Sequence record: DRR378314_1432
Reading direction: 5' to 3' (one strand)
DNA: 33,092 nucleotides
The position numbers were made by a program, and so were the translations under genes. Shown in pieces: positions 21,014 to 29,853 of this stretch (its first letter is position 1; each line of letters opens with the position of its first letter). The notes under the pieces were generated by a model, which had not been told where the DNA came from, made no database searches, and saw only the letters and a list, made by a program, of their open reading frames with translations.

Positions 21014-21061
21014 TTAGGGCGGAGTCATCAGCCCAGAAAAGATGTGAGTAAATGCAGTCAT
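21014..21061 (-). CDS. Putative leader peptide MTAFTHIFSGLMTPP upstream of sulP
   Basis: Manually read ATG ACT GCA TTT ACT CAC ATC TTT TCT GGG CTG ATG ACT CCG CCC TAA. It lies between an extended -10 and sulP. The SD is weak. Confidence 0.5.
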   Translation of the reverse strand: MTAFTHIFSGLMTPP

Positions 21062-21110
21062 AAGTAATATTCTGTACGGTTGCAATAAGCAAGGTGCGAC
21101 AAAGCGCAGC

Positions 21111-21119
21111 ATTCTAACA
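21111..21119 (-). promoter_or_regulatory. Extended -10 element (TGnTAGAAT) for the leader-sulP-usp transcript
   Basis: Minus strand reads TGTTAGAAT, about 50 nt upstream of the leader ATG. Confidence 0.45.
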
Positions 21120-21329
21120 GCATCACAGCCGCATTGCATCTCACGCCACTCTGGTAGTCCACACTGTGATACGCGCTGATACGCCCCCACCTCTACTTAG
21201 GCAGGGTGACCTCGCGACTGATTGTGGCGTACCATTGCGCCACCAGAAACGATGACAATTGCCAACGTTTTATGTTGAAGCGGCACACATAGTCACGTGC
21301 CGAATATGCCCGCCAAAGAGGAGAAATAG

Positions 21330-22346
21330 ATGATGAGTCAGTCAATTGCGGTGATTAAAGGCGACGGTATCGGCCCCGAAATTATGGATGCCACCCTGCG
21401 CGTACTTGATGCGCTGGAGTGCGGCCTGAATTATGAGTTTATCGATGCTGGCCTGGCGGCGCTTGAAAAACACGGCACGCTGATTCCTCAAGAATCGCTT
21501 GATGCCATCGAGAAGTACGGTATTGCCCTGAAAGGCCCGCTGACCACCCCTATTGGCAAAGGTTTCTCCTCCATCAACGTGCAACTGCGTCGTCATTTTG
21601 ACTTGTACGCCAACGTGCGCCCGGCGATTAGCTTCCCCGGTACGCGTTCGCGTTACAACGATATCGATATGATTACCGTGCGGGAAAACACCGAAGGTGC
21701 CTACCTCTCTGATGGCCAAGAGATGATTGACGATGGCAATACCGGCATCTCAGTCATCAAGGTAACCCGCCAGGGTTCCGAACGCATTGTGCGCTATGCG
21801 TTTGAGCTAGCAAAAAATAACGGCCGTAAAAAAGTCACCGCTGTACATAAAGCTAACATCATTAAAACCAGCTCTGGCCTGTTTTTGGATGTCGCTCGGG
21901 AAGTCGCCAAAGAGTATCCCGAGATCGAATTCCAGGAAATGATTGTAGATAACGCCTGCATGCAGCTAGTGATGAATCCGCACCAGTTCGATGTCGTTGT
22001 CACCACCAACCTGTTTGGCGATATTCTTTCTGACCTATGTGCTGGACTAGTGGGCGGATTAGGCTTGGCGCCCGGTGCTAATATCGGCGAAAAGGCTGCT
22101 ATTTTTGAAGCAGTTCACGGTTCTGCACCGGATATTGCCGGACAAAAAATCGCCAACCCTTGTGCCCTGCTGTTAGCAGCCGCCCAAATGCTTGACCACT
22201 TAGGCATGAACGAAAAAGGTGACGCGATTCGTCACGGAATTCGCGCGGTACTGGAGACACGCCGCGATATGGTGACACCCGACATGGGCGGCACCGGCAC
22301 AACCGATACATTTGCCCAAGCGCTCGTAGAGCACTTAACCGCTTAA
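21330..22346 (+). CDS. icd: Isocitrate dehydrogenase, short (~335 aa) probably NAD-dependent type
   Basis: GDGIGPEI, KGPLTTPIGKGFSSINVQLR, RENTEG, VHKANI, NLFGDILSDL, FEAVHGSAPDIAG; GAGGAG SD. Confidence 0.85.
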   Translation: MMSQSIAVIKGDGIGPEIMDATLRVLDALECGLNYEFIDAGLAALEKHGTLIPQESLDAIEKYGIALKGPLTTPIGKGFSSINVQLRRHFDLYANVRPAISFPGTRSRYNDIDMITVRENTEGAYLSDGQEMIDDGNTGISVIKVTRQGSERIVRYAFELAKNNGRKKVTAVHKANIIKTSSGLFLDVAREVAKEYPEIEFQEMIVDNACMQLVMNPHQFDVVVTTNLFGDILSDLCAGLVGGLGLAPGANIGEKAAIFEAVHGSAPDIAGQKIANPCALLLAAAQMLDHLGMNEKGDAIRHGIRAVLETRRDMVTPDMGGTGTTDTFAQALVEHLTA

Positions 22347-22361
22347 CTGTTTAAGTGCTTC

Positions 22362-22397
22362 TCCCATCACCGCACCGCATCTTACGCGGTGATGGGA
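22362..22397 (+). terminator. Hairpin after icd
   Basis: Perfect 12-bp stem TCCCATCACCGC/GCGGTGATGGGA with a poor U tail. Confidence 0.55.
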
Positions 22398-22443
22398 TCC
22401 TTGAGCTTTAAGCCTGACTTTTCTTAGCTTAGGGAAGCTCACA

Positions 22444-23013
22444 TTGCCTATCTCCTCACAGCAAGCTGCCGAACACTTCAGCCATATGCGACCTCGCCTG
22501 CTTGCATTTGCACGCTTGCAGCTTAGAGAGAGTGCTGCCGCTGAAGATGCCGTTCAGGAAACGTTGCTCACCGCGTTTGAAAAAACCAGTTCATTTGAAG
22601 GGCGCTCAGAATTTGAAACCTGGGTATTTGGCATCTTGAAATTTAAGATACTTGACCATCTGCGCCAGCAGAAAAAACAGGGGCGCTGGCAGCCGCTAAA
22701 TGACTCAATCGACGAGGACACGTTAGACCGGCTATTCAAATCAAATGGGCATTGGCAGGCCAGCGCCCGCCCGCACGACTGGGGAGAACCTGAGCATATT
22801 TTAGAGAACCAGCGCTTCTGGCAAGTGTTCGATGCCTGTTTAATAGCACTACCCGACAGTATCGCGCGGGTATTTACCTTACGAGAACTGATGGGATTAT
22901 CGACACAGGATATTTGTAAGGAACTCGACATAACAGAAACTAACTGCTGGGTTATCTTACACCGAGCACGGTTAAGGTTAAGAGCCTGTTTGGATAACGG
23001 CTGGACTCAGTAG
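22444..23013 (+). CDS. ECF-type sigma-70 factor
   Basis: Region 2 AEDAVQETLL..FEGRS..TWVFGILKFKI; region 4 VFTLRELMGLS..IC..L.I...NCWVILHRARLRLR. Confidence 0.9.
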   Translation: MPISSQQAAEHFSHMRPRLLAFARLQLRESAAAEDAVQETLLTAFEKTSSFEGRSEFETWVFGILKFKILDHLRQQKKQGRWQPLNDSIDEDTLDRLFKSNGHWQASARPHDWGEPEHILENQRFWQVFDACLIALPDSIARVFTLRELMGLSTQDICKELDITETNCWVILHRARLRLRACLDNGWTQ

Positions 23014-23025
23014 GAGCCAATAAAG

Positions 23026-23241
23026 ATGCTAATGTGCCGTGAAGCAACGCGTTTGATGTCACTTAAGCAAGATAGAGCACTCACTTTTCGCGAACGTACT
23101 GCACTACGCATACATCTCTCTATGTGTAGCGCCTGCCGCGCCTGTGCCCGCCAATTTGACCTGCTTCACAAAATTGGTGAGCACCACCCCGCTGCACCAA
23201 AAAAATCGACAGAAAGCGGTGGTCGTTATGAGCCTCGCTAG
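23026..23241 (+). CDS. zf-HC2 (ZAS-type) soluble anti-sigma factor
   Basis: N-terminal Cys (MLMCREAT) and H-x3-C-x2-C (HLSMCSAC); follows the sigma gene with an AGGAG SD. Confidence 0.88.
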   Translation: MLMCREATRLMSLKQDRALTFRERTALRIHLSMCSACRACARQFDLLHKIGEHHPAAPKKSTESGGRYEPR

Positions 23242-23911
23242 TGCTTTTCCCATCAAAGGAACAGCACTAGCTAGCCTATTTTTTAGCCCGTTATTATTTA
23301 CAACCGCTAGCGGGCAAGAGATACGCTTTACACCTAACCAAATCATGACCTGGCCTACCCGAAGCTTCGAAGGCGAAACACGCTATTCCATTGTTGAGAA
23401 ATCAGGCCAACGAGTGCTTGAAGCCAATGCTCAGGGCCAGGCCTCTGCACGCTACCTGGAACGCGATATTAATTTAAATGAAACGCCCTATCTTCACTGG
23501 TGCTGGCAAGTAGACTCAATCTATCCGGGCGTTGATGAGACAGCGAAAGCGGGCGATGACTATCCAGCACGGGTTTACGTGGCTCGCAAGACAGGGATTC
23601 TTCCCTGGCAGGTCGAATCGGTTAACTATGTCTGGTCCTCTACCCAACCTCAGGGTGCCTCGTGGCCAAATGCCTTTACTGACCGAGCACAACTGATGGC
23701 GTTGCAAAGTGGCAATAGCGCGGTTGGGGAATGGGTGGCAGAAGTACGCGATGTCCGTGCTGACTACCAAGCTCTTTTTGGCAGTGCTCCTAGCCAAGTC
23801 AACGGTATCGCCTTAATGAGTGATGGTGATAATACAGGCGGCAACGCCACCGCGTGGTTTACCCAACTAGGCTTTTCTAGCCTTAGCACTCCCCCTACAT
23901 GTCCCCAATAG
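23228..23911 (+). CDS. DUF3047 family exported protein
   Basis: Signal-peptide-like N-terminus, TPYLHWCW, GDDYPARVYV, NYVW, IALMSDGDNTG. ATG 23228 preferred over the track start. Confidence 0.82.
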   Translation: MSLASAFPIKGTALASLFFSPLLFTTASGQEIRFTPNQIMTWPTRSFEGETRYSIVEKSGQRVLEANAQGQASARYLERDINLNETPYLHWCWQVDSIYPGVDETAKAGDDYPARVYVARKTGILPWQVESVNYVWSSTQPQGASWPNAFTDRAQLMALQSGNSAVGEWVAEVRDVRADYQALFGSAPSQVNGIALMSDGDNTGGNATAWFTQLGFSSLSTPPTCPQ

Positions 23912-24034
23912 TCAAACAAGGCTAGCATACCATTTATTTATACAAAACCATTACAAACAGAGTGCCTTTTATTAAGATCTGATCTACTATCACCCTATTC
24001 TCGGTGACAACAGACTAGATTTAAGGGACTACCA

Positions 24035-25300
24035 ATGCTCGCATATTTCGCTTCTGACGCCTTACGTAGCGCCCTAACCCAACATACTGCGTGTATCTAT
24101 TTTTCATCGGAAGGCATTATCCAAGAGGCTAGTGAGCCGTTTTTAGCCTCTATGGGGTACTTATTAGCTGACATTAAGGGGCAGCATCACCGTATTTTTT
24201 GTTTTCCTGAAGAAACGTCTAACCGTCAATATGATGATTTTTGGAAATCACTTGCAGCAGGTGTAAGCCAGCAGGGGCGTTTTCGGCGCATGAATGCACT
24301 TGGCGAAGAGGTATGGCTTGAGGCCACCTATTTACCGATCAAGAACCGTCGTGGCAACGTTGTACAGATTTTAAAAGTAGCCACTGACGTGACTAAAGAG
24401 CACCAAAACGCCGCTAGCGAACGTTTCATTCTTCAAGCCCTAAATAGCTCAATGGCAGTCATTGAATTCACAACTGACGGCTTTATTCTGGATGCCAATA
24501 CTAATTTTGAACAAGTAATGGGTTATCCTCTGCACAAACTTCGTGGCGAACATCATCGACTGTTCTGCGATAACGATTTTTACCGAGAACACTCAGATTT
24601 CTGGCAACGCTTAAGCCAAGGGGAGTATAAGCAGGGTAAGTTCTTACGCCTAAATGCCCAAGGAGGCGCCGTTTGGCTGGAAGCTACTTATAACCCTATC
24701 TTTGATGACGAGGGTAAGGTGGTAAAGGTCGTTAAGTTTGCTACCGATATTACTCAAGCAATGCTGGCAACTGAAGCGGCTCAAGCCACAGTAAGCAGCG
24801 CCCAAGCATCGTCTAGCCAAACCGAGCGAATTGCTCAAAATGGGTTAACCCACTTGCAAACGGTGCTTTCCGACTCACAACATGCCGCCCATACGCTCAA
24901 CGAAGCACAGCAACTAATCACTGCACTAAACCAACAAGCGGAACAGATTAACAAAATCACTGCATCAATCGCGCAAATTGCCAGCCAAACAAACTTGCTT
25001 TCATTAAATGCCGCGGTGGAAGCAGCAAGAGCAGGTGAACAGGGCCGTGGATTTGCTGTAGTAGCAAATGAGGTACGCCAATTAGCCAAAGGATCAAGTG
25101 AAGCGGTGAGCGAAATCACTCGAGTCCTAAAAGAAAATAATGCACTTGTTGCCCGCACCACCCAGGCAATGCAGCAAGTGGTCAAGCAAGGTGAAAGCAG
25201 TCAAACGAGTGTTAAAGAAATAGAGTCAATTGTGAGCGAAATTTTGCAAGGCGCGCAGAGTGTTTCTCACTCTATCGAACGACTCTCTTTAGCACCTTGA
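24035..25300 (+). CDS. Soluble chemoreceptor with two PAS/PAC domains (BdlA-like)
   Basis: Two repeats of G.HHR.FC..FW..L..G..WLEATY.PI, MCP tip [34 protein letters not shown], no TM segment. Confidence 0.9.
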   Translation: MLAYFASDALRSALTQHTACIYFSSEGIIQEASEPFLASMGYLLADIKGQHHRIFCFPEETSNRQYDDFWKSLAAGVSQQGRFRRMNALGEEVWLEATYLPIKNRRGNVVQILKVATDVTKEHQNAASERFILQALNSSMAVIEFTTDGFILDANTNFEQVMGYPLHKLRGEHHRLFCDNDFYREHSDFWQRLSQGEYKQGKFLRLNAQGGAVWLEATYNPIFDDEGKVVKVVKFATDITQAMLATEAAQATVSSAQASSSQTERIAQNGLTHLQTVLSDSQHAAHTLNEAQQLITALNQQAEQINKITASIAQIASQTNLLSLNAAVEAARAGEQGRGFAVVANEVRQLAKGSSEAVSEITRVLKENNALVARTTQAMQQVVKQGESSQTSVKEIESIVSEILQGAQSVSHSIERLSLAP

Positions 25301-25307
25301 TAAGAAG

Positions 25308-25337
25308 AAAACTCGCCATGTTTATGGCGAGTTTTTT
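25308..25337. terminator. Bidirectional intrinsic terminator
   Basis: AAAACTCGCCAT-GTTT-ATGGCGAGTTTTTT between the convergent MCP and peroxiredoxin genes. Confidence 0.8.
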
Positions 25338-25365
25338 AGTCTTAAAACGAGGTAGCGTTAACTTA

Positions 25366-26016
25366 TTAGCGCAATTTCGTTTTACGCAGGTACGGCAGAA
25401 CAGCGTCGAATTCACCGAACTTCTGCTTGGCATCTTCATCAGACACGCTCGGCGGAATAATAACGTCCTGACCAACGGTCCAGTCAGCAGGCGTTGCAAC
25501 GCCATGTTTTGCCGTGGCTTGCAGTGCATCCAGAGCACGCAGAATTTCTGCGAAATTACGGCCTACCGTCATCGGGTAGGTCATCGATAGCTTCAACTGC
25601 TTATCCGGCCCGATAATGAACACCGAGCGTACCGTTGCGCTATCGGCGGGGGTGCGGCCATCTGGCAGATAAGCATCTTCTGGCAGCATATCGAACAGTT
25701 TGGAAACCTTTAGGCCTTCATCGGCAATAATGGGGAAGCCAACCTTATTGCCGCAAACTTTCTCGATATCGCTTGCCCAGCGTTTGTGGTCTTCAACGCC
25801 ATCCACAGAGACGCCAATGACTTTGGTGCCGCGCTTTTCCCATTCGGGGCTCAGCGTTGCCACTGCGCCGAACTCTGTGGTGCAGACCGGCGTGAAATCT
25901 TTAGGGTGAGAAAAGAGGATCGCCCAGCTATCGCCGATCCAGTCGTGAAAATGAATCGGGCCTTGGCTAGTTTCTGCTTCGAAATCAGGCACTACCGCAT
26001 TGATACGTAATGACAT
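25366..26016 (-). CDS. 1-Cys peroxiredoxin (Prx6/LsfA family)
   Basis: FSHPKDFTPVCTTE, TVRSVFIIGPD, YPMTVGRNF, VATPADW; GAGGAGG SD. Confidence 0.93.
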   Translation of the reverse strand: MSLRINAVVPDFEAETSQGPIHFHDWIGDSWAILFSHPKDFTPVCTTEFGAVATLSPEWEKRGTKVIGVSVDGVEDHKRWASDIEKVCGNKVGFPIIADEGLKVSKLFDMLPEDAYLPDGRTPADSATVRSVFIIGPDKQLKLSMTYPMTVGRNFAEILRALDALQATAKHGVATPADWTVGQDVIIPPSVSDEDAKQKFGEFDAVLPYLRKTKLR

Positions 26017-26118
26017 CGTTCCTCCTCATTAGGGTCAAGTGACCTTAATACCTTATATGACTTTCAACGCCTTCACTATAGAACGTTTCGCGCTATAGCA
26101 GTGAAACATTTGCTATGC

Positions 26119-27156
26119 TCAATCCAGCGACGTGGCGTCTTTCTCTTCCCGCTTGATGCGCTTTACCCAGCGCTGTTTTGCATAGTGGCGCAAGTTCGCC
26201 ACACTGTCGGTTTCATCGACAATATCTTGACCTAATATCGTCTCAATGATGTCTTCTAGGGTGATAAGGCCCACAAAGGTGCCGTGTTCATCATAAACCA
26301 CCCGCATGTGCAGGTGATCCTTCAACATTGATGTAAACACCTGCTCGACATTGTTCGATACTTCGACACTACCAATTGGGTGCATCAGCTCGCGCATGGT
26401 TTTGGCATCATCGGCGTGATACATGTCGGCCTTGTGCACATAACCAAATGCCTGCTCGCCGTTATCCATCACAGGGAAACGCGTGAATGGCATTTTGCCA
26501 TACTGCTCGTCAAACTCCTTGACCGTCATGTTAGGCAATACCGTTTCACAGACAGTACGGGGCGTCATCGCTTTATTGACCGCAATTTCATGCAAATTCA
26601 GCATGTTAATAATGGTGCGTGACTCATCCGCATCCAACACTTGCTCTTCTAAACCTACCCGCGCCAACACTTTAATTTCATCGCGCAAGTCAACATCATG
26701 CTCCGACTTTCCTAAGCGGCGCGTAATCTGTTCAGACATCCAGATAAACGGCAGCAACCCAATGATCATTGGGTTCAGTAACCGTGGCAACACCGGTGAT
26801 AGACCTCGCCAATAGGTAGCACCAATCGTTTTGGGAATGATTTCAGAAAGAATTAAAATCAGCATGGTCATGACGGCAGACACAATGGCAATAGAGGCTT
26901 CGCCAAACACGACCGCGGCCTGCGCCCCCACTGCCGTTGCACCGACAGTATGCGCAATGGTGTTAAGCGTTAAGATCGCGGCCAACGGCCGATCAATATT
27001 GGTTTTTAGCTTCGTCAGCGCTACATGAAGCTTGGGATTATCTTCTTTTTGCTTGGCGATATAGCTCGGCGTAATAGACAGCAATGCTGCTTCAAGAATA
27101 GAGCACAGAAAAGAGAACGCGATTGAAAGGGTAGCAATCGTGATAAGAAGGAACAT
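26119..27156 (-). CDS. CNNM (DUF21) + CBS domain protein, CorB/CorC-like
   Basis: SFLCSILEAALLS, ILTLNTIAHTVGA, EIIPKT, MTPRT, GLITLEDIIE..G.DIVDETD. Confidence 0.88.
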   Translation of the reverse strand: MFLLITIATLSIAFSFLCSILEAALLSITPSYIAKQKEDNPKLHVALTKLKTNIDRPLAAILTLNTIAHTVGATAVGAQAAVVFGEASIAIVSAVMTMLILILSEIIPKTIGATYWRGLSPVLPRLLNPMIIGLLPFIWMSEQITRRLGKSEHDVDLRDEIKVLARVGLEEQVLDADESRTIINMLNLHEIAVNKAMTPRTVCETVLPNMTVKEFDEQYGKMPFTRFPVMDNGEQAFGYVHKADMYHADDAKTMRELMHPIGSVEVSNNVEQVFTSMLKDHLHMRVVYDEHGTFVGLITLEDIIETILGQDIVDETDSVANLRHYAKQRWVKRIKREEKDATSLD

Positions 27157-27273
27157 GGGAGCTCATAGTGATGGATGATGCATCGTATATAAGGTCACGA
27201 CTGCTTGGTGTCAATGCGTAAACACATGTTTATTTTCTTACAGCCAGCTAACATCATTTCTCATGAACATTTC

Positions 27274-28158
27274 TCACCACTGCCATTCACTTCTCGCCAC
27301 TGCATCGTGGGCATGTAAACTTTCTGCGTGAACTACCTTTAGCTGGAACCCTGAAATATCAGCCATCTTTCTAAGCGCTCCATCCAGACGTTTGGCGGCA
27401 TCTTCACAGAACATCAGATTCTGACCATTGGCGAGCGCAAATGCCTGCTCATCAATACGTTTAACAGCTGTCTGTAACGCTGTCCCCAGGGCGTTCTCAA
27501 TACGCTCAATAAGGTCGGCAAGCGGTATGTCATCGTTTCCTGCCAGCCGTATGGAACAGTGGGCAACACTGCGCTGACTATGTGGAGTGGCGAGTACCCC
27601 TTCCTCGCTGCCTAGCCACGCGAGTACGGCCTGCTTGGTTAAGGGAATCTCTTCAAAATCTTCCGCAAACGCTTGCTGAATTAGCTGTCTTGCTAATGCC
27701 GCTGAGCAGGGGCAAGTTGAGGAGTAACCAACGGATACGTCTAGCTCCACCTTGAAACCTGACGGTGTGAGCTGGCTGTGCAGTGTAAACGGATAGCCTT
27801 TCCAACCTGACAAAGGGCTGATCAGCGCGTCACGTTTAAGTAATGCCTCCCCACTGAACGTTAGGTAAGCGTTTTCTGATAATGCGTGGTGACTCTCCAA
27901 AAAAGCCGCAAGAACACGATGAAGTAACGTGGGCGTTAGCGCCTGGTGCTCTAATGCATCCAATGCGGTATACAGCCGTGACATGTGGATACCGCGAGCA
28001 CCGGCTTCTTCAAGGCTAACGCCCGCTGACACATTAGCGTTTACTTGGCTCCCCGCCAGCCTTACTGGCAGCGCCACGCCTTCCATACCAACCCAGGAAA
28101 GCGTGCCCGGTAAACGGGCAGGTTGTTGGGCAATATCGGGTAAAGTAAAAGCCGTCAT
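27274..28158 (-). CDS. folE2: GTP cyclohydrolase IB (zinc-independent FolE2)
   Basis: LPDI, GIHMSRLY, YSSTCPCSAAL, ATPHSQRS, VKRIDEQAFA, MFCEDAA, ESLHAHDAVA. Confidence 0.93.
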   Translation of the reverse strand: MTAFTLPDIAQQPARLPGTLSWVGMEGVALPVRLAGSQVNANVSAGVSLEEAGARGIHMSRLYTALDALEHQALTPTLLHRVLAAFLESHHALSENAYLTFSGEALLKRDALISPLSGWKGYPFTLHSQLTPSGFKVELDVSVGYSSTCPCSAALARQLIQQAFAEDFEEIPLTKQAVLAWLGSEEGVLATPHSQRSVAHCSIRLAGNDDIPLADLIERIENALGTALQTAVKRIDEQAFALANGQNLMFCEDAAKRLDGALRKMADISGFQLKVVHAESLHAHDAVARSEWQW

Positions 28159-29267
28159 TAAATTGCCTCGTTCGTTGATGAGTTAAAGGGTGTGAAATAA
28201 CGATAAAGCTGCGCCACAGTGGCAGGCGCGACATTTTGAGTAATGAAGACAAACCGAGAAATGCGGTCATTAACACACTGCATCGGCAGAGGCGTCGGCG
28301 GGTGGAAAATGTGCTGGACGCCGTGCAGCGCCAGCGGTTCATCACGATCGGTAAGGTGCACAATCGCTTTAATGCGTAGCATTTTCTCGCCCATCAACGA
28401 CATCAATAGATCCAGCCAGTTTTCCAAAGCGTCTGGGGTAATTAATTCCTCAACGCAAAAACAAAACGCATTGATATTCTCCCCATGGCGAGTCAACGTT
28501 GGCTGGCTAGTGGGCTGCACAAAAGCAGCGCTACTGTCGCCCTGCTGCTTCTCCTCGTGCTTAACATCTTCAGCATGGATAACGCTGTAACGTGCTGACT
28601 TCAGCCACTGCTCTACCTGGTATCGTTGAGAATCCCGACGAAAAAGCCCTGCGCCTACCAACAACTCGGGCGAAAGATTACCGTTCACCACCTGCCACTG
28701 CTCTGCGGCGGGATTGATGGACGCCAGTTGGTTAGCCAGTGGTGTTAGGCGAACTTCGTCGACCAGGTCAGTTTTGGTGATGAGTAATCGGTCAGCTATC
28801 GCAATCTGGCGCTGTGACTCACGATGCGCCTGCAGCGTTGCCTCACCGTTCGCGGCATCAACACAGCACACCACGCTATCCAACTGGAAACGGTGGGCAA
28901 GCCAATGATCGGTCATTAACAGCTGTAAAATAGGGGCGGGATCGGCCAGTCCTGTGGTTTCAATCACAACACGGGAAGGTGCTGGTTTTCCCTCTGCCAA
29001 CAGCGAATCAATAGCCTGCTTTAGCGTACGGCTTAAGTCTCCCCTCAATGTGCAGCACAAACAGCCGCTGCTCATCTCCACCACCGCTTGCTCATCACTC
29101 TGGGTAATCAGTTGATGATCTAGTCCAATATCACCAAACTCATTAATTACGATCAGCGTGTTTTGCATTGACGCTTGGCGTACCCAGCGATTGAGTAACG
29201 TTGTCTTACCGCTCCCTAAAAATCCGGTCAGTACATTAACCGGTGTCAGCGTGGAGAACTGCATCAC
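28158..29267 (-). CDS. COG0523 (CobW/ZigA/YeiR) G3E metallochaperone GTPase
   Basis: GFLGSGKTT, NEFG, GCLCC, ETTGLADP, TKTD, CobW_C domain. Confidence 0.92.
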   Translation of the reverse strand: MMQFSTLTPVNVLTGFLGSGKTTLLNRWVRQASMQNTLIVINEFGDIGLDHQLITQSDEQAVVEMSSGCLCCTLRGDLSRTLKQAIDSLLAEGKPAPSRVVIETTGLADPAPILQLLMTDHWLAHRFQLDSVVCCVDAANGEATLQAHRESQRQIAIADRLLITKTDLVDEVRLTPLANQLASINPAAEQWQVVNGNLSPELLVGAGLFRRDSQRYQVEQWLKSARYSVIHAEDVKHEEKQQGDSSAAFVQPTSQPTLTRHGENINAFCFCVEELITPDALENWLDLLMSLMGEKMLRIKAIVHLTDRDEPLALHGVQHIFHPPTPLPMQCVNDRISRFVFITQNVAPATVAQLYRYFTPFNSSTNEAI

Positions 29268-29749
29268 TCCCCCCGTGCCTTGCGGAAATGGTGCTCTTTA
29301 CGCTCCTGGCGCTCCTTTGCCTCAATGCAAAGCTTTGCCGTGGGACGAAAAAGTAGTCGTTGAAGACCAATTGGCTCGCCAGTCTCTTCACAGAAGCCGT
29401 ATTCACCATTTTCGATGCGCTGTAAGGCTGCATCGATATTAGTGATCAACCGACTTTCGCGATCTGCTTGGCGAAGTGACAACCGTAGCTCCTCCTCAAA
29501 CGAGGCCTGATCAGCCTCGTCGCTATCTCTCTCATGAGAGGCGATAGCCGTTTTCACCTCGCTTAAATGCGCTTCAAGCTCCGCACGTTCGTTTAAAAGC
29601 CGCCGACGAAAAAAAGCAAGCTGCGCGGCATTCATGTACTCGTCTGCTGATGAGGCCAACAGCACTGCCTCCTCAGCTTTTTTGGCATCTGGGAATTCAG
29701 CGCCACTGTCTGTTCTGGCAGTTACTGACTGAGTGATATCGGGTTGCAA
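29264..29749 (-). CDS. dksA: Zinc-independent DksA paralogue (DksA2-like)
   Basis: YMNAAQL..F, DEADQA coiled-coil tip, CEET/CIEA (only 2 of 4 Cys). TTG start with an AAGGAG SD. Confidence 0.88.
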   Translation of the reverse strand: MQPDITQSVTARTDSGAEFPDAKKAEEAVLLASSADEYMNAAQLAFFRRRLLNERAELEAHLSEVKTAIASHERDSDEADQASFEEELRLSLRQADRESRLITNIDAALQRIENGEYGFCEETGEPIGLQRLLFRPTAKLCIEAKERQERKEHHFRKARGE

Positions 29750-29769
29750 TGGTTAGACTCCTTTTGATA

Positions 29770-29792
29770 AAAACGTTATAACATAACAAATA
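29770..29792. promoter_or_regulatory. Zur box
   Basis: AAAACGTTATAACATAACAAATA closely matches the gammaproteobacterial Zur palindrome (GAAATGTTATA-N-TATAACATTTC-like). It lies between the divergent dksA2 operon and DUF1826. Confidence 0.82.
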
Positions 29793-29853
29793 AAACTCTG
29801 CGACCTAACCTTTCTCAATGCTAATGCACTGCTAAACGTAACAGGAGACCTAC

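Noticed and set aside
21047-21061. Shared MTAFT N-terminus of the sulP leader peptide and FolE2
   Set aside because: The codons differ at two positions (ACT GCA vs ACG GCT) and the flanks are unrelated, so this is most likely coincidence.
23144-23227. Longer N-termini given by the ORF track (DUF3047; also rpoS, hexR, first crcB, luxS, nlpD)
   Set aside because: Downstream ATGs fit better on SD placement, family N-termini or avoidance of large overlaps.
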